Shown: positions 17,886 through 27,402, numbered from the stretch's first letter. The stretch: DNA of 64,000 nucleotides from Synechococcus sp. (GCA_047285305.1 JBJBDL010000003.1:928001-992000), one strand, 5' to 3'. Numbers and translations: made by a program. The notes: a model not told the origin generated them from the sequence alone.

Positions 17886-19084
17886 TGGCGCTTCCCACCC
17901 GCCGATTCGGCCGCACGGAGCTTGAAATCCCCCTGTTGTCTCTTGGGGGAATGCGCTTTCAGCAGAGCTGGACCGACCTTCCTGCTGATCAGATCACGTC
18001 TGCGTCGCAGACCCAGCTCGAGGCGACCCTGAAGCGCGCGGTGGATCTGGGCTTTCATCACGTGGAAACGGCGCGGCACTACGGCAGCTCCGAGCGTCAG
18101 CTGGGTCGGGCCCTGCCGCGCACACCCGACCCCTCCCGTCTGCTGCAGAGCAAGGTGCCTCCCCGGCCCGATCCCGACGCCTTCGAGGCGGAACTGGAGC
18201 TCAGTTTTGAGCGGTTGGGCTGTGATCGCCTGGATTTACTGGCCATCCATGGCATCAACCTGCCTGAGCATCTCGAGCAGACCCTTCAGCCCGGGGGCTG
18301 CATAGAGGTGGTGCGCCGCTGGCAGGCAGAGGGTCGCATTGGTCACGTGGGTTTCTCCACCCATGGCCCCACCGCATTGATCGCAGAGGCCTGCGATTCC
18401 GGTGCCTTTGATTACGTGAATCTGCACTGGTATTACATCCGCCAGGACAACAGCCCCGCATTGGATGCGGCCCGCCGTCAGGACATGGGGGTATTCATCA
18501 TCAGTCCCACTGACAAGGGCGGCCATCTGCACACGCCATCCCAACGGCTGTTGGAGCTGTGTGCACCGCTGCATCCCATCGTCTTCAACGATCTGTTCTG
18601 TCTCCAGGATCCCCGGGTTCACACCATCAGTGTGGGAGCGGCCCGGCCGGAGGATCTCGAGCTTCACCTGGAGGCGTTGCACCTGCTGCCGGATGCAGCG
18701 TCCTTGATTGCTCCAGTGGATCAGCGGCTTCGGCAAGCGGCCGATGAAGCATTGGGTCGTGACTGGATGGCCACATGGTCCGTCGGGCTGCCGCCGTGGC
18801 ATGCGACGCCCGGGGAGATCAACCTGCCTGTGTTGCTTTGGTTGTACAACTTGCTGAAGGCATGGGATCTCGAGAGTTATGCCAAGGCCCGCTATGGGTT
18901 GTTGGGCTCCGGCGGCCACTGGTTTGCCGGGGCCAATGCCGATGGCTTTGAGGATGAGGTCAGCGTCGAGGAGCTGCAGAGCGTGCTGCAGGAGAGTCCA
19001 TGGCGTGAGCGCATCCCGGAGATTCTGCGCAGCCTCAAGCAGCGGCTCAAGGGCGAATCCCAGATGCGCTTGTCGAGCGTCTGA
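17882..19084 (+). CDS. aldo/keto reductase family protein
   Basis: RRFGRT, LSLGGMRF, ETARHYGSSE and GHVGFSTHG. Confidence 0.88.
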   Translation: MMALPTRRFGRTELEIPLLSLGGMRFQQSWTDLPADQITSASQTQLEATLKRAVDLGFHHVETARHYGSSERQLGRALPRTPDPSRLLQSKVPPRPDPDAFEAELELSFERLGCDRLDLLAIHGINLPEHLEQTLQPGGCIEVVRRWQAEGRIGHVGFSTHGPTALIAEACDSGAFDYVNLHWYYIRQDNSPALDAARRQDMGVFIISPTDKGGHLHTPSQRLLELCAPLHPIVFNDLFCLQDPRVHTISVGAARPEDLELHLEALHLLPDAASLIAPVDQRLRQAADEALGRDWMATWSVGLPPWHATPGEINLPVLLWLYNLLKAWDLESYAKARYGLLGSGGHWFAGANADGFEDEVSVEELQSVLQESPWRERIPEILRSLKQRLKGESQMRLSSV

Positions 19085-19093
19085 GCGTTCCTC

Positions 19094-19825
19094 TTAGCTC
19101 CCAAGAGGATCCCGGCTGGGTGTCCCCACGGCCCTTGGGTAGCTGCGGGGGCAGGGGCCGTTCGGTTGCACCCGCAGCAGGTGACGCGTGCCGCGATCAC
19201 CGGGCAGTTGCCGGTGCTGCACCTCGATCAGACGGGCCTTCAGCAGGCGCAGGGCCCTGTTCAACGGCACAGCATCGTTGTCAGTCCATTGGCCCCGATA
19301 CAGCAGGGCCTGGCCGTTGGTTTTCAGCAAGGGCACCAGGTATTCGGTCACCACAGGAGCGGCCGCCACAGCCCGGGCCACGGCGCGATCGAAGCCGCCG
19401 CGGAAGTGGCGATCGCGCCCGGTGGTTTCGATCCGCTCGGTGCGGACCCGCACCCGATCGGCAAGGCCCAGGCTAATGGCCATGGCCTCCACGGCAGCGG
19501 TCTTGCGCCCGACGGAATCCAGCAGGGTCACCTGTGCCTGGGGAAGGGCAATGGCGATGGCGAGGCCGGGGAAGCCTCCCCCGGTTCCTACATCAATCCA
19601 GTGCTGCGGCTCCGCCGCTGACTGGAGTTCCCCCGCCAGCGGCCAGAGGCTGTCGAAGACCTGACCAATCCAGAAATCGTCGCCGTTCACCAGGCGCGTC
19701 AGGTTGACCCGTTCATTCCAGCTCTGCAGCAGGCCCTGAAGCTCCACCAGCTGGTCGCGCTGCGCGTGCGATGGCTGCCATCCCAGGGCGTCCCAGAACG
19801 CCGGTTCAGGCGCGGTGGCGGCCAT
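19094..19825 (-). CDS. rsmG: 16S rRNA m7G527 methyltransferase
   Basis: [26 protein letters not shown]. Confidence 0.94.
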   Translation of the reverse strand: MAATAPEPAFWDALGWQPSHAQRDQLVELQGLLQSWNERVNLTRLVNGDDFWIGQVFDSLWPLAGELQSAAEPQHWIDVGTGGGFPGLAIAIALPQAQVTLLDSVGRKTAAVEAMAISLGLADRVRVRTERIETTGRDRHFRGGFDRAVARAVAAAPVVTEYLVPLLKTNGQALLYRGQWTDNDAVPLNRALRLLKARLIEVQHRQLPGDRGTRHLLRVQPNGPCPRSYPRAVGTPSRDPLGS

Positions 19826-19850
19826 GGCTGCAGCAATAACTCTCCTTAGG

Positions 19851-20393
19851 ATGAAGGACCGGCCGTCCCCTGTGTCCGAAGTCTGCCCCAGCCATTACGA
19901 ACGGCTTGGAGTGCGTCCCGGGGTTGACGCTGAAACTTTGCGCCAGGCCTTTCGACGCCAGTCCAAGGCCCTGCATCCCGACACCACGCAACTGCCGCCC
20001 GAGCAGGCCAGCATTGCTTTTCAGGAGCTCAAGGAGTCTTACGACGTTCTGCTGAGCCAGAGCCAAGCAACCCTCAGTCTTGGTGGCGCCCAGTCGTCGT
20101 CATCGCCCCCGCCCCTGCAGCGTGAGTCCCGCCCGGATGCCTGGCAGGGCATTGGTCAACGGAGGCCCCTCTCCGGTGGGGAATGGTTCTCGCTGGTGCT
20201 GTTGAGCATCGCGCTGTTGCTCAGCCTGGTGCTGGGGTTGGGGGTGGCTCTCGCCCAGGGCCGCGACTGGCAGGTGTCGCCGAGTTGGCTGGCGGATGAG
20301 CAGACTCGGAACACATCCGTGCGTTCGCAACCTGATGGCCACCCTGCCCCCGGAGAGCACCCCGCTGAATCAGCACTCTCTCCCGGCGCTTGA
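19851..20393 (+). CDS. J-domain (DnaJ-like) membrane protein
   Basis: HYERLGV...ALHPD...FQELKESY plus a C-terminal TM helix. Confidence 0.85.
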   Translation: MKDRPSPVSEVCPSHYERLGVRPGVDAETLRQAFRRQSKALHPDTTQLPPEQASIAFQELKESYDVLLSQSQATLSLGGAQSSSSPPPLQRESRPDAWQGIGQRRPLSGGEWFSLVLLSIALLLSLVLGLGVALAQGRDWQVSPSWLADEQTRNTSVRSQPDGHPAPGEHPAESALSPGA

Positions 20394-20607
20394 GGACTGG
20401 CTCCAGCAGCTGGGTGCCGTCCGCATGGACGACAACCCCTGCCAGTGGATGCTCGAGCGTTCTGTGTGGAGAGCGCTGTTGCTGCTGGAACGGGAGGACC
20501 TCAAAGTGATCTGGCACCCGGGTTCCCCGGAGGAGATGGTGCAGTGTTCGCTGCCCTATGGCCTCTCCAGGGCCGATGTCGAGGCGGCGATTCAGGCGGG
20601 GCCCTGA
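20335..20607 (+). CDS. conserved cyanobacterial protein (DUF3143-like)
   Basis: [23 protein letters not shown]...YGLSRADVEAAIQAGP. Confidence 0.7.
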   Translation: MATLPPESTPLNQHSLPALEDWLQQLGAVRMDDNPCQWMLERSVWRALLLLEREDLKVIWHPGSPEEMVQCSLPYGLSRADVEAAIQAGP

Positions 20608-20618
20608 GGCCACAAGGT

Positions 20619-21893
20619 TCAGAGCTGATCGAGGGCCCTTTCCAGCGCCGAATAGCAGCGTTCCAGCTGGGTATCGCTGATGCAGAGCGGTGGCAGCAGA
20701 TAGACCACCTGGCCCAGGGGGCGGAGGAAGACGCCGTTCTCCATCGCCAGCCGTTTCAGCTTCGGCCCCGCCGGGTTGAGATAGCCGGAGGTTCCCTCCA
20801 CAACGAGGTCACAGGCGGCCACCGTCCCCGTCAGCCGGGGATGGTGCACCTTCCGATGGCGCGCCAACCGTTCCAGGTGCGGACGATGCCGTTGTTCGAA
20901 CTGTTGAAAGGCAGCGGGGTTGCGCTCCAGCAGGTCGAGACTGGCGTTGGCCGCGGCGCAGCCCAGCGGATTGGCCGTGAAGCTGTGGCCGTGCCAGAGG
21001 GTCAGGCAGGGGTCGTCACCGACGAAGGCTTCGAACACCGCTTCGCTGGCCATGGTCACGCCCATCGGCAGACATCCACCCGTTAAGCCTTTTGACAGCG
21101 CCATGAGATCCGGCCGGATGCCCGCTCGCCGGCTTGCGAACCAGTCGCCGCAGCGTCCGAAGCCGGTGAGAACTTCATCGGCGATCAGGAGTGCTCCCGC
21201 TTGACGGGTGCGTGCCTCCACCTGTCGCAGAAACTCGGGCCGCACCATTGCCATGCCGCCAGCCCCCTGCAGCAGCGGCTCGAGGATCACCGCCGCTGTT
21301 GGTGTCTCCAGCACACGCTCGAGCACCTCCAGTGCCGCCGATTCCTTGGCCTCCACGGCATCGTCATCCCACCAGGTAGCCGGCCAGGGAACCCGGGCGA
21401 CGGGAAAGAGCTTGTCTTCGAAGGGGGCGCTGAACAGGTTGCGTTCGCCAACGGCCATCGCTCCGAAGGTGTCGCCGTGGTAAGCCCCGTCGAAGGCGAC
21501 GATCTGATAGCGCGGTTGCCCCCGGTTGGCCCACCACTGGCAGGCGATCTTGAGCGCCACTTCCACCGCAGTGGAGCCGTTGTCGGAGAAGAACAGCCGT
21601 TGCAAGCCGCAGAGGCCGCTCAGGCGTACGGCCAGCTGTTCCGCAGGCTCATGGGTGAAGTCGGCAAAAATCACCTGCTCGAGGCGGGCGGCCTGATCGG
21701 CGATGGCCTTGGCTAACACCGGATGGGCATGACCGTGCAGGGTGACCCACCAGCTGCTGATGGCATCGATCAGCGGCTCGCCCTGTTCACGGATCAGCAG
21801 GGCACCGTCTCCGGACACCACCCTTTGGGAGTTGGCTGCGCTGGCCATCTGGGTAAAAGGGGGCCACAGATTCGGATGGCGGATTGACCCCAT
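20619..21893 (-). CDS. bioA: adenosylmethionine-8-amino-7-oxononanoate aminotransferase
   Basis: LWPPFTQ, ISSWWVTLHGH, DNGSTAVEVALK, LSKGLTGG; start 21893 or 21917. Confidence 0.93.
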   Translation of the reverse strand: MGSIRHPNLWPPFTQMASAANSQRVVSGDGALLIREQGEPLIDAISSWWVTLHGHAHPVLAKAIADQAARLEQVIFADFTHEPAEQLAVRLSGLCGLQRLFFSDNGSTAVEVALKIACQWWANRGQPRYQIVAFDGAYHGDTFGAMAVGERNLFSAPFEDKLFPVARVPWPATWWDDDAVEAKESAALEVLERVLETPTAAVILEPLLQGAGGMAMVRPEFLRQVEARTRQAGALLIADEVLTGFGRCGDWFASRRAGIRPDLMALSKGLTGGCLPMGVTMASEAVFEAFVGDDPCLTLWHGHSFTANPLGCAAANASLDLLERNPAAFQQFEQRHRPHLERLARHRKVHHPRLTGTVAACDLVVEGTSGYLNPAGPKLKRLAMENGVFLRPLGQVVYLLPPLCISDTQLERCYSALERALDQL

Positions 21894-21939
21894 GGCAGCA
21901 GCGGCAGCTTTTGCCATATTGAATCTGGAGCTGTTGAAG

Positions 21940-22209
21940 ATGCCCCGGATGGCTGCCCCACGCACCCGTCGTCAAACCAAGCGTTTTGTTCCCACCACGC
22001 GACCTGAGCCGTCGGCCAAGCGACGTCTCGTTGTCCCGGAGGGCGACTGGCAAGCGATTCGCAGTGATCTCGAGCTGAGGAGTTGGTCGTTGTCCCAGCT
22101 GGAAGTGATCCAGGCTGAACTCAGTCACGGATGGCCGCTACGGGTCGCCGTGCGCCATGCCGCGATGCGTCTGGGCACCTGCCCCACCGGTTCAAAGGCC
22201 CTGGGCTGA
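21940..22209 (+). CDS. hypothetical protein
   Basis: fills the gap, divergent from bioA; basic N-terminus. Confidence 0.55.
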   Translation: MPRMAAPRTRRQTKRFVPTTRPEPSAKRRLVVPEGDWQAIRSDLELRSWSLSQLEVIQAELSHGWPLRVAVRHAAMRLGTCPTGSKALG

Positions 22210-22213
22210 GTGG

Positions 22214-22372
22214 TCAGCGGCAGACGTCACTGTTCTTTTCCGTCTCTGTGGCAGCTGGTGCGCTGCAGTTCACCCAGCGCACCAGCTGCTCCTCGATGTC
22301 GGTGAACAGCACCAGAATCCCAACGCAGAGTGCTGAAACAGCAAGGGTCGCCAGGGTTTGACGTGAAGTCAC
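22214..22372 (-). CDS. small membrane-anchored hypothetical protein (52 aa)
   Basis: GTGA overlap with the bioD stop; N-terminal hydrophobic helix; two C-terminal Cys. Confidence 0.6.
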   Translation of the reverse strand: MTSRQTLATLAVSALCVGILVLFTDIEEQLVRWVNCSAPAATETEKNSDVCR

Positions 22373-23028
22373 GGGGACAAGCGCTTCAACACTTCTCGGA
22401 ATGTAGTGGTGAGATTCTGCTCGTGCCAAAGCCGCTCCAGCACCGTTGCTGAGAGCGAGGCCTGGGGGGAGAGCTGTGCCAGAACGGGGACGTCACCGAA
22501 CTGTTTGAGGGTCCCCGGGTTGTCGGCATGGAGGGGGCCGTTGAGGATCAGTCCCAAGACTGTGAGATTCCGCCGTCTCAACGCTTCCAGGCTGAGAAGG
22601 GTGTGGTTAAGGGTGCCCAGTCCACTGCGGGCCACCAGAACGATGGGCAACTGCCACTCCACCAGTTGATCGATCTGGAGCCAGTTGCGGGTGAGGGGCA
22701 CCATCAACCCTCCAGCTGTCTCCACCACTAGGGACCCCTGATGCTGGGGAATGGCGAGTTGGGCTGGGTCGAGTGGCGTGTCGTCTAGTTCGGCGGCCCA
22801 GTGGGGGGAGACCGGCTCTCGGAAGGCATAGGCCTCGGGCAGCATCCGTTCCGGCGTGAGGTTCAACAGCTGCCGCACCCGTTCGCGGTCACCGCCGCCC
22901 TCTAGTCCGCTTTGCACCGGTTTCCAGTAGCTGGCCTGAAGCCCCTGCACGAGCCACGCGCTCACCACGGTTTTGCCGACGTCCGTGTCGGTTCCGCACA
23001 CCACCAGGCGACTGAAGCTGCCGTTCAT
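22369..23028 (-). CDS. bioD: dethiobiotin synthase
   Basis: GTDTDVGKT, YWKPVQSG, VETAGG, LGTLNHTLL; ATGA overlap with bioC. Confidence 0.95.
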   Translation of the reverse strand: MNGSFSRLVVCGTDTDVGKTVVSAWLVQGLQASYWKPVQSGLEGGGDRERVRQLLNLTPERMLPEAYAFREPVSPHWAAELDDTPLDPAQLAIPQHQGSLVVETAGGLMVPLTRNWLQIDQLVEWQLPIVLVARSGLGTLNHTLLSLEALRRRNLTVLGLILNGPLHADNPGTLKQFGDVPVLAQLSPQASLSATVLERLWHEQNLTTTFREVLKRLSP

Positions 23029-23774
23029 CGCTTCACCATCAGGACCCATATCCTCCAGGTCAGGGCGAACCCGGCTGATACATCGGCTTGGGGCCAAGCC
23101 CGGAAGACGGCCTTCCATTGGCCTGGGGAGAGCTGGCCCCCGTTGGTGACGGAGGCGCCGATGTTGCTAATCGGTCGCAGCAGCCGCAGTGGATTGTCGG
23201 CGCGTTGGGTGAAGCTCAGGCACTCGTCCCGTTGCACCACGCCATCCGGCAGGGCTGCCATCAGTTGCTCCCGCACCGGCATGGACAAGGCCGTGCAGGT
23301 TTGATTCGCTGCCCGGGCAGCGTGCTGCCATTGAGGAAAACTTCCAGCCACCGGCACCGCCAGGGCCAGCCAGCCCCCCTTTGGCAGTGCATCCACCCAA
23401 CGCCGAAGCTGCTGGGCTGGATCCGGCAACCAATGCAAAACAAAGCTGGAGGCCAGCAATTGCGGTGGCTCACTCCAGTCCGGTAACCCGCGGCTCAGGT
23501 CATGTCGCAGGGTGTGTGCTCCATGGGGGTGGCTTTTCAACATGGCGGTACTTCCGTCTAGGCGGATCACCTGCTGCCCCGGATGAGCGACTTCCAGGGC
23601 TGTGGCCAGATGACCGGTGCCGCTGCCTAGGTCAGCCCACAGGCCGCGCCGGATGGAGCAGCGACGGCTCAGCTGGGCCAGGCGCCATGCCACGGCCCGT
23701 TGCAGCAACGCTTCGCCTGCGTAGGTCGGTGCTGCGCGACTGAAGCGTTCCAGCACCTGGTCGGGGCGAATCAC
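23025..23774 (-). CDS. bioC: malonyl-ACP O-methyltransferase (BioC-like)
   Basis: FSRAAPTY, ADLGSGTG, SSFVLHW; bio operon context; GTGA overlap. Confidence 0.82.
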   Translation of the reverse strand: MIRPDQVLERFSRAAPTYAGEALLQRAVAWRLAQLSRRCSIRRGLWADLGSGTGHLATALEVAHPGQQVIRLDGSTAMLKSHPHGAHTLRHDLSRGLPDWSEPPQLLASSFVLHWLPDPAQQLRRWVDALPKGGWLALAVPVAGSFPQWQHAARAANQTCTALSMPVREQLMAALPDGVVQRDECLSFTQRADNPLRLLRPISNIGASVTNGGQLSPGQWKAVFRAWPQADVSAGFALTWRIWVLMVKR

Positions 23775-24460
23775 AGGGCCCCCAGCCATTGCTGCACCAC
23801 CGAGAGCACCGTTGGTGTGATCAGTGCGTGGCCCCAATTCGGATCCCGATGCAGGGTCAGCGGCTGCGCTCCGAGGTCATCGATCAGCTGCTCTGCCGAT
23901 GCGGCGTGCACCACAGCGTCCCGAACTCCCTGCACTACCAGCACCGGCACCGCTTCAGGCCAGCCCTTTGGCAGGCTCTGGCAGCGCGCCAGAAGCTCCA
24001 GATCCTGCTGCAGCCGCTGGCGCCCCAGGCTCGTCAAACCCTGCAGCAGGGGGGCTGGGGGCATGGCGCTGCGGGAATGGGGTGAAGCGGCTTTGTCGAG
24101 GAAGCGTTCCAGCATCGTCAGTTCCTGGTCGGTGCCCAGGGCCGCCTGCATCCCCTGCAGAGCCGCCGCCACCGCGCGCCCTACCCGCCCTTGGGGCACG
24201 AAAGCGCTGAAGCTGCCCAGCAGCACCACCGCATCGGCCTGCGCCAGAACAGCTGCCGGCAGCAGGTGCAGCCCCAGGGAGTGGGCGATCAACAGGTTGT
24301 GTCCTGGGACGGGGGGCCATGCCGGAGCAACGGCCTCACCGCCGTCGTAGCCCCGGTCCGCGCTGGACCATTTCGCTCCCCCGTCTTCAAATCGTTGACG
24401 CCAGGGGGACCAGGTGCTGGCCTGGCCAGCCCAACCATGCATCGCCAGGACCTGCATCAT
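23771..24460 (-). CDS. alpha/beta hydrolase, pimeloyl-ACP methyl ester esterase (BioH/BioK-like)
   Basis: MHGWAG, IAHSLG nucleophile elbow, C-terminal GH; lies between bioF and bioC with ATGA overlap. Confidence 0.8.
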   Translation of the reverse strand: MMQVLAMHGWAGQASTWSPWRQRFEDGGAKWSSADRGYDGGEAVAPAWPPVPGHNLLIAHSLGLHLLPAAVLAQADAVVLLGSFSAFVPQGRVGRAVAAALQGMQAALGTDQELTMLERFLDKAASPHSRSAMPPAPLLQGLTSLGRQRLQQDLELLARCQSLPKGWPEAVPVLVVQGVRDAVVHAASAEQLIDDLGAQPLTLHRDPNWGHALITPTVLSVVQQWLGAL

Positions 24461-25596
24461 CGAGAGCCGAGGGCTGCGAGCAGTTGCTCCAATGTGCTCT
24501 CTGGCAGGTCCCGCCGCAGCACCAGGCGCAAACGGGAGGTCCCTTCCGGCACGGTGGGCGGTCGGATTGCCACCGACAGCAGCCCCGCTTGCTCCAGCTG
24601 TTGCTGGAGGTCGAGCGCGTCTTGGTCGTCCCCGACCAACAGGGGGAGCACGGGGCCGTTTCCTGCTGGTTTCGCCCAGCCCTGGTGCGCCAGGGCTGTC
24701 CTCCAGCGCTCTGAGCGCTGGCTCAGCTCGCTTCCCCAGTTGGGGTGGGATTGGATCAAGCGCAGGGCAGCCTGGGCTCCCGCTACCAGCGGTGGGGCCA
24801 GGGCCGTGGTGTAGCGGAAGGCCCCACTGGTTTGCAGCAGCAGCTCCATCAAGGTGTGGTCCCCAGCCAGAAACGCACCTCCGCTGCCGAAGGCCTTGCC
24901 GAAGGTGCCGCACACCAAGGCCACAGGCCGATGGAGTCCATGGCAAAGCCCACGGCCGCCGGGCCCCAGAACCCCCAGGCCATGGGCTTCGTCCACCAGC
25001 AGCTGTGCACCGTGGCGGGCACAAAGGTCGGCCATGCCCTGCAGATCAGGGCTGGTGCCTTCCATGCTGAACAGGCTTTCAGTCACCACCAGTGGCGGTC
25101 GTGTTGTCGGCTTGAGCCGCTGCAGCCGCTGGTCGAGATCTTCAAGATCGTTGTGGGCAAAGCGTTGCAGCCGCGCCCCACTGGTGCGGACGCCGGCCAG
25201 TAGCGAGTGGTGGATCAGCCGGTCCACCAACACCGTTGTGTGCCTGTCACTCAGTGCCGTTAAGGCGGCAATGTTGGCTTGGAATCCGCTGGGGAACAGC
25301 AGCACCCGGTCCCGGTTCAGCCAGGTGGCGAGAGCTGCTTCCAGCTCCAGATGGCTTGGTCGGGTTCCAGTGATCAGGCGAGATCCACCGGCACCGACAC
25401 CATCGGAGGCCATGGCCTGCGTTGCCGCTGCGAGCACATCGGGATGACGGCTGAGCCCGAGGTAGTCGTTGCTCGCAAGATCAACGAGCTGGCCGGCACC
25501 GGCGGGATCCTGCAACTGCCAGGGCTCCTGGCCGGAGTTCAAGCTCCGCAGGTGGCGGCGGCGGGCTGGAGGGATGGGAGAAGCGTGGTCCAGCAT
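24457..25596 (-). CDS. bioF: 8-amino-7-oxononanoate synthase
   Basis: ASNDYLGL, SGFQAN, ESLFSMEG, VDEAHG, GTFGKAFG, AIRPPTVP. Confidence 0.95.
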   Translation of the reverse strand: MLDHASPIPPARRRHLRSLNSGQEPWQLQDPAGAGQLVDLASNDYLGLSRHPDVLAAATQAMASDGVGAGGSRLITGTRPSHLELEAALATWLNRDRVLLFPSGFQANIAALTALSDRHTTVLVDRLIHHSLLAGVRTSGARLQRFAHNDLEDLDQRLQRLKPTTRPPLVVTESLFSMEGTSPDLQGMADLCARHGAQLLVDEAHGLGVLGPGGRGLCHGLHRPVALVCGTFGKAFGSGGAFLAGDHTLMELLLQTSGAFRYTTALAPPLVAGAQAALRLIQSHPNWGSELSQRSERWRTALAHQGWAKPAGNGPVLPLLVGDDQDALDLQQQLEQAGLLSVAIRPPTVPEGTSRLRLVLRRDLPESTLEQLLAALGSR

Positions 25597-25650
25597 TACG
25601 ACAGTCTGGGCTCCCCCCTGATCAAGGATGGCCGCAATCCTCTGATCGTC

Positions 25651-26583
25651 ATGACCTGGGAGCGTTTCACTCTGCTCTTTCCGCTTTGGACGTTGCTGGG
25701 AGCTTTGCTGGCCTTGCTGCATCCCCCGCTGTTCATCTGGTTCAAGGGGCCACTGATCGCCCTTGGCCTTGGCGTGATCATGCTCGGCATGGGCGTTGGG
25801 CTGACACCCGCTGATTTCGTGCGGGTGGGTCGACGCCCCCGCGCCATGCTGCTGGGGGTGCTGGCGCAGTTCCTGGTGATGCCGACACTTGCCGCTGGGA
25901 TCGCGGCGGCTTTGCATCTGTCTGCGCCGCTCGCGGTGGGCTTGATTCTGGTCGGCTGCTGCCCGGGCGGGACCGCCAGTAATGTGGTGGTTCTGATCGG
26001 CCGTGGCGATGTGGCGCTGTCGGTGGTCATGACCACGATCAGCACCCTTGCGGCAGTGGTGTTTACCCCGCGTCTCACACAGGTGTTGGCCAGTCAGTAC
26101 GTGCCGGTGGATGGTTGGGGCCTGTTCCTGGCTGTGTTGCAGGTGGTGTTGTTGCCGGTCACTGTTGGGGTTGTGCTCAAGCGTGGTCTGCCCTGTGTGG
26201 CCCAGCGGATTGAGCCTGTGATGCCTCCCCTGGCGGTGGTTGCCATCGTGATGATCGTCTCCAGCATCGTGGGCAGTCAGACGGCTGTGCTGCGTCAGGA
26301 GGGGCCCGTGCTGATCCTGGCTTGCTTGTTGCTGCATGGCGGCGGCTTTCTGCTCGGCTGGCTGATTCCCCGGCTGGCGGGGCAGAGCGTGCAGGCCCAG
26401 CGCACCATCAGCATCGAGGTAGGCATGCAGAACTCAGGACTGGCCGTGGTGCTCGCTCGCAGTGGTGGGTTCGCTAGTCCCCTCACGGCGTTGCCGGGTG
26501 CCATCTCTGCGGTGATTCACTGTCTGATCGGCAGCGCCCTTGCTGCCTTCTGGAGGCGCCAACCTCGCAGTAATCGCAGGTGA
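25651..26583 (+). CDS. bile acid:sodium symporter (BASS) family transporter
   Basis: IMLGMG, GCCPGGTASNV and SIEVGMQNSGL. Confidence 0.92.
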   Translation: MTWERFTLLFPLWTLLGALLALLHPPLFIWFKGPLIALGLGVIMLGMGVGLTPADFVRVGRRPRAMLLGVLAQFLVMPTLAAGIAAALHLSAPLAVGLILVGCCPGGTASNVVVLIGRGDVALSVVMTTISTLAAVVFTPRLTQVLASQYVPVDGWGLFLAVLQVVLLPVTVGVVLKRGLPCVAQRIEPVMPPLAVVAIVMIVSSIVGSQTAVLRQEGPVLILACLLLHGGGFLLGWLIPRLAGQSVQAQRTISIEVGMQNSGLAVVLARSGGFASPLTALPGAISAVIHCLIGSALAAFWRRQPRSNRR

Positions 26584-26832
26584 TCTGACAGGTAAGTGGT
26601 TTTTCGCTACTGGCGGTGATTGCAACCAGATTGCGACTGGGTGTCAGTTAACTGCCTGATACGCCCTCATGAAATCCCCGGAAGGACGGCGGCGATTCAT
26701 AAAAACCAGTTACTTCTAAAGACATGATCAACAGGTGATAGTCGCTGGCTCAACACGCTTCATCTGCCAACTTCGCCTCCTTCTTCCATTTAGGTCCCCA
26801 AGGCTTAAAGCTCCAGAGGATTTGGCAAATGA

Positions 26833-27021
26833 TCAGGCAGGTTCGTCATGGAAGGTGTGCTCAACCAAGGCCCGAAAAAGCTCTTGTTTTTTGTATTCGA
26901 GAAATTCTTGCTCCTCTGCAGGTCCGCCAGGCCAATTTCTCAACGCATCGCAAGTCGTCTTGTACTCAAGCTTGAGAGACCGCAAATCAAGGTGAAGGCT
27001 TGCAACTATTTCCTCGTGCAC
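26833..27021 (-). CDS. hypothetical protein (62 aa, WPGGPxEEQ motif)
   Basis: helical protein-like composition; NtcA-like box upstream. Confidence 0.7.
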   Translation of the reverse strand: MHEEIVASLHLDLRSLKLEYKTTCDALRNWPGGPAEEQEFLEYKKQELFRALVEHTFHDEPA

Positions 27022-27071
27022 AGAGGAGAGGCGGGTTCATGAATTATTACAGATGCTCAAAATCGCTTGAC

Positions 27072-27085
27072 GTAGGGCCCGATAC
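27072..27085. promoter_or_regulatory. putative NtcA-binding site GTA-N8-TAC
   Basis: GTAgggcccgaTAC in a divergent intergenic region; AT-rich -10-like TAATAAT about 22 nt downstream on the minus strand. Confidence 0.45.
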
Positions 27086-27201
27086 AGATTCCGCGTAGTC
27101 GGCTCGTTCTCTTTCTGCGAGCATTCTGCTGTACGGATACCTCCGTCACGGCACAAGCAACAATTTCGCGATGGTTTCTGTGTTGAAATTTTCTGAAGTC
27201 A

Positions 27202-27366
27202 ATGACCTACGAAGCCAAGAACTGGGCAGTTGTTGCAGCCGCCATGGAAGCTCAAGGAGCTACCAACAGCCAGATGTACCGACGCGCCAAAGCTATGGCC
27301 GAAGGAAAGGCAGATCCAATGCCGACGAGCTATCCAGCTGCGCCTCACAGCATCTCTGTTGCCTGA
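27202..27366 (+). CDS. 54-aa hypothetical protein (not in ORF track)
   Basis: MTYEAKNWAVVAAAMEAQGATNSQMYRRAKAMAEGKADPMPTSYPAAPHSISVA; followed by a hairpin. Confidence 0.7.
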   Translation: MTYEAKNWAVVAAAMEAQGATNSQMYRRAKAMAEGKADPMPTSYPAAPHSISVA

Positions 27367-27379
27367 TTTATTGCTCCAA

Positions 27380-27402
27380 GGACCCCGCGCGAGGTGGGGT
27401 CC
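27380..27402. terminator. GC-rich hairpin between convergent ORFs
   Basis: GGACCCCGC-gcgag-GTGGGGTCC; no strong U-tract. Confidence 0.5.

Noticed and set aside
23771..26337. Extended ORF-track versions of bioF (626 aa), the esterase (417 aa) and BASS (434 aa)
   Set aside because: Extensions overlap real neighbouring genes; internal starts with 4-nt overlaps or short spacers fit better
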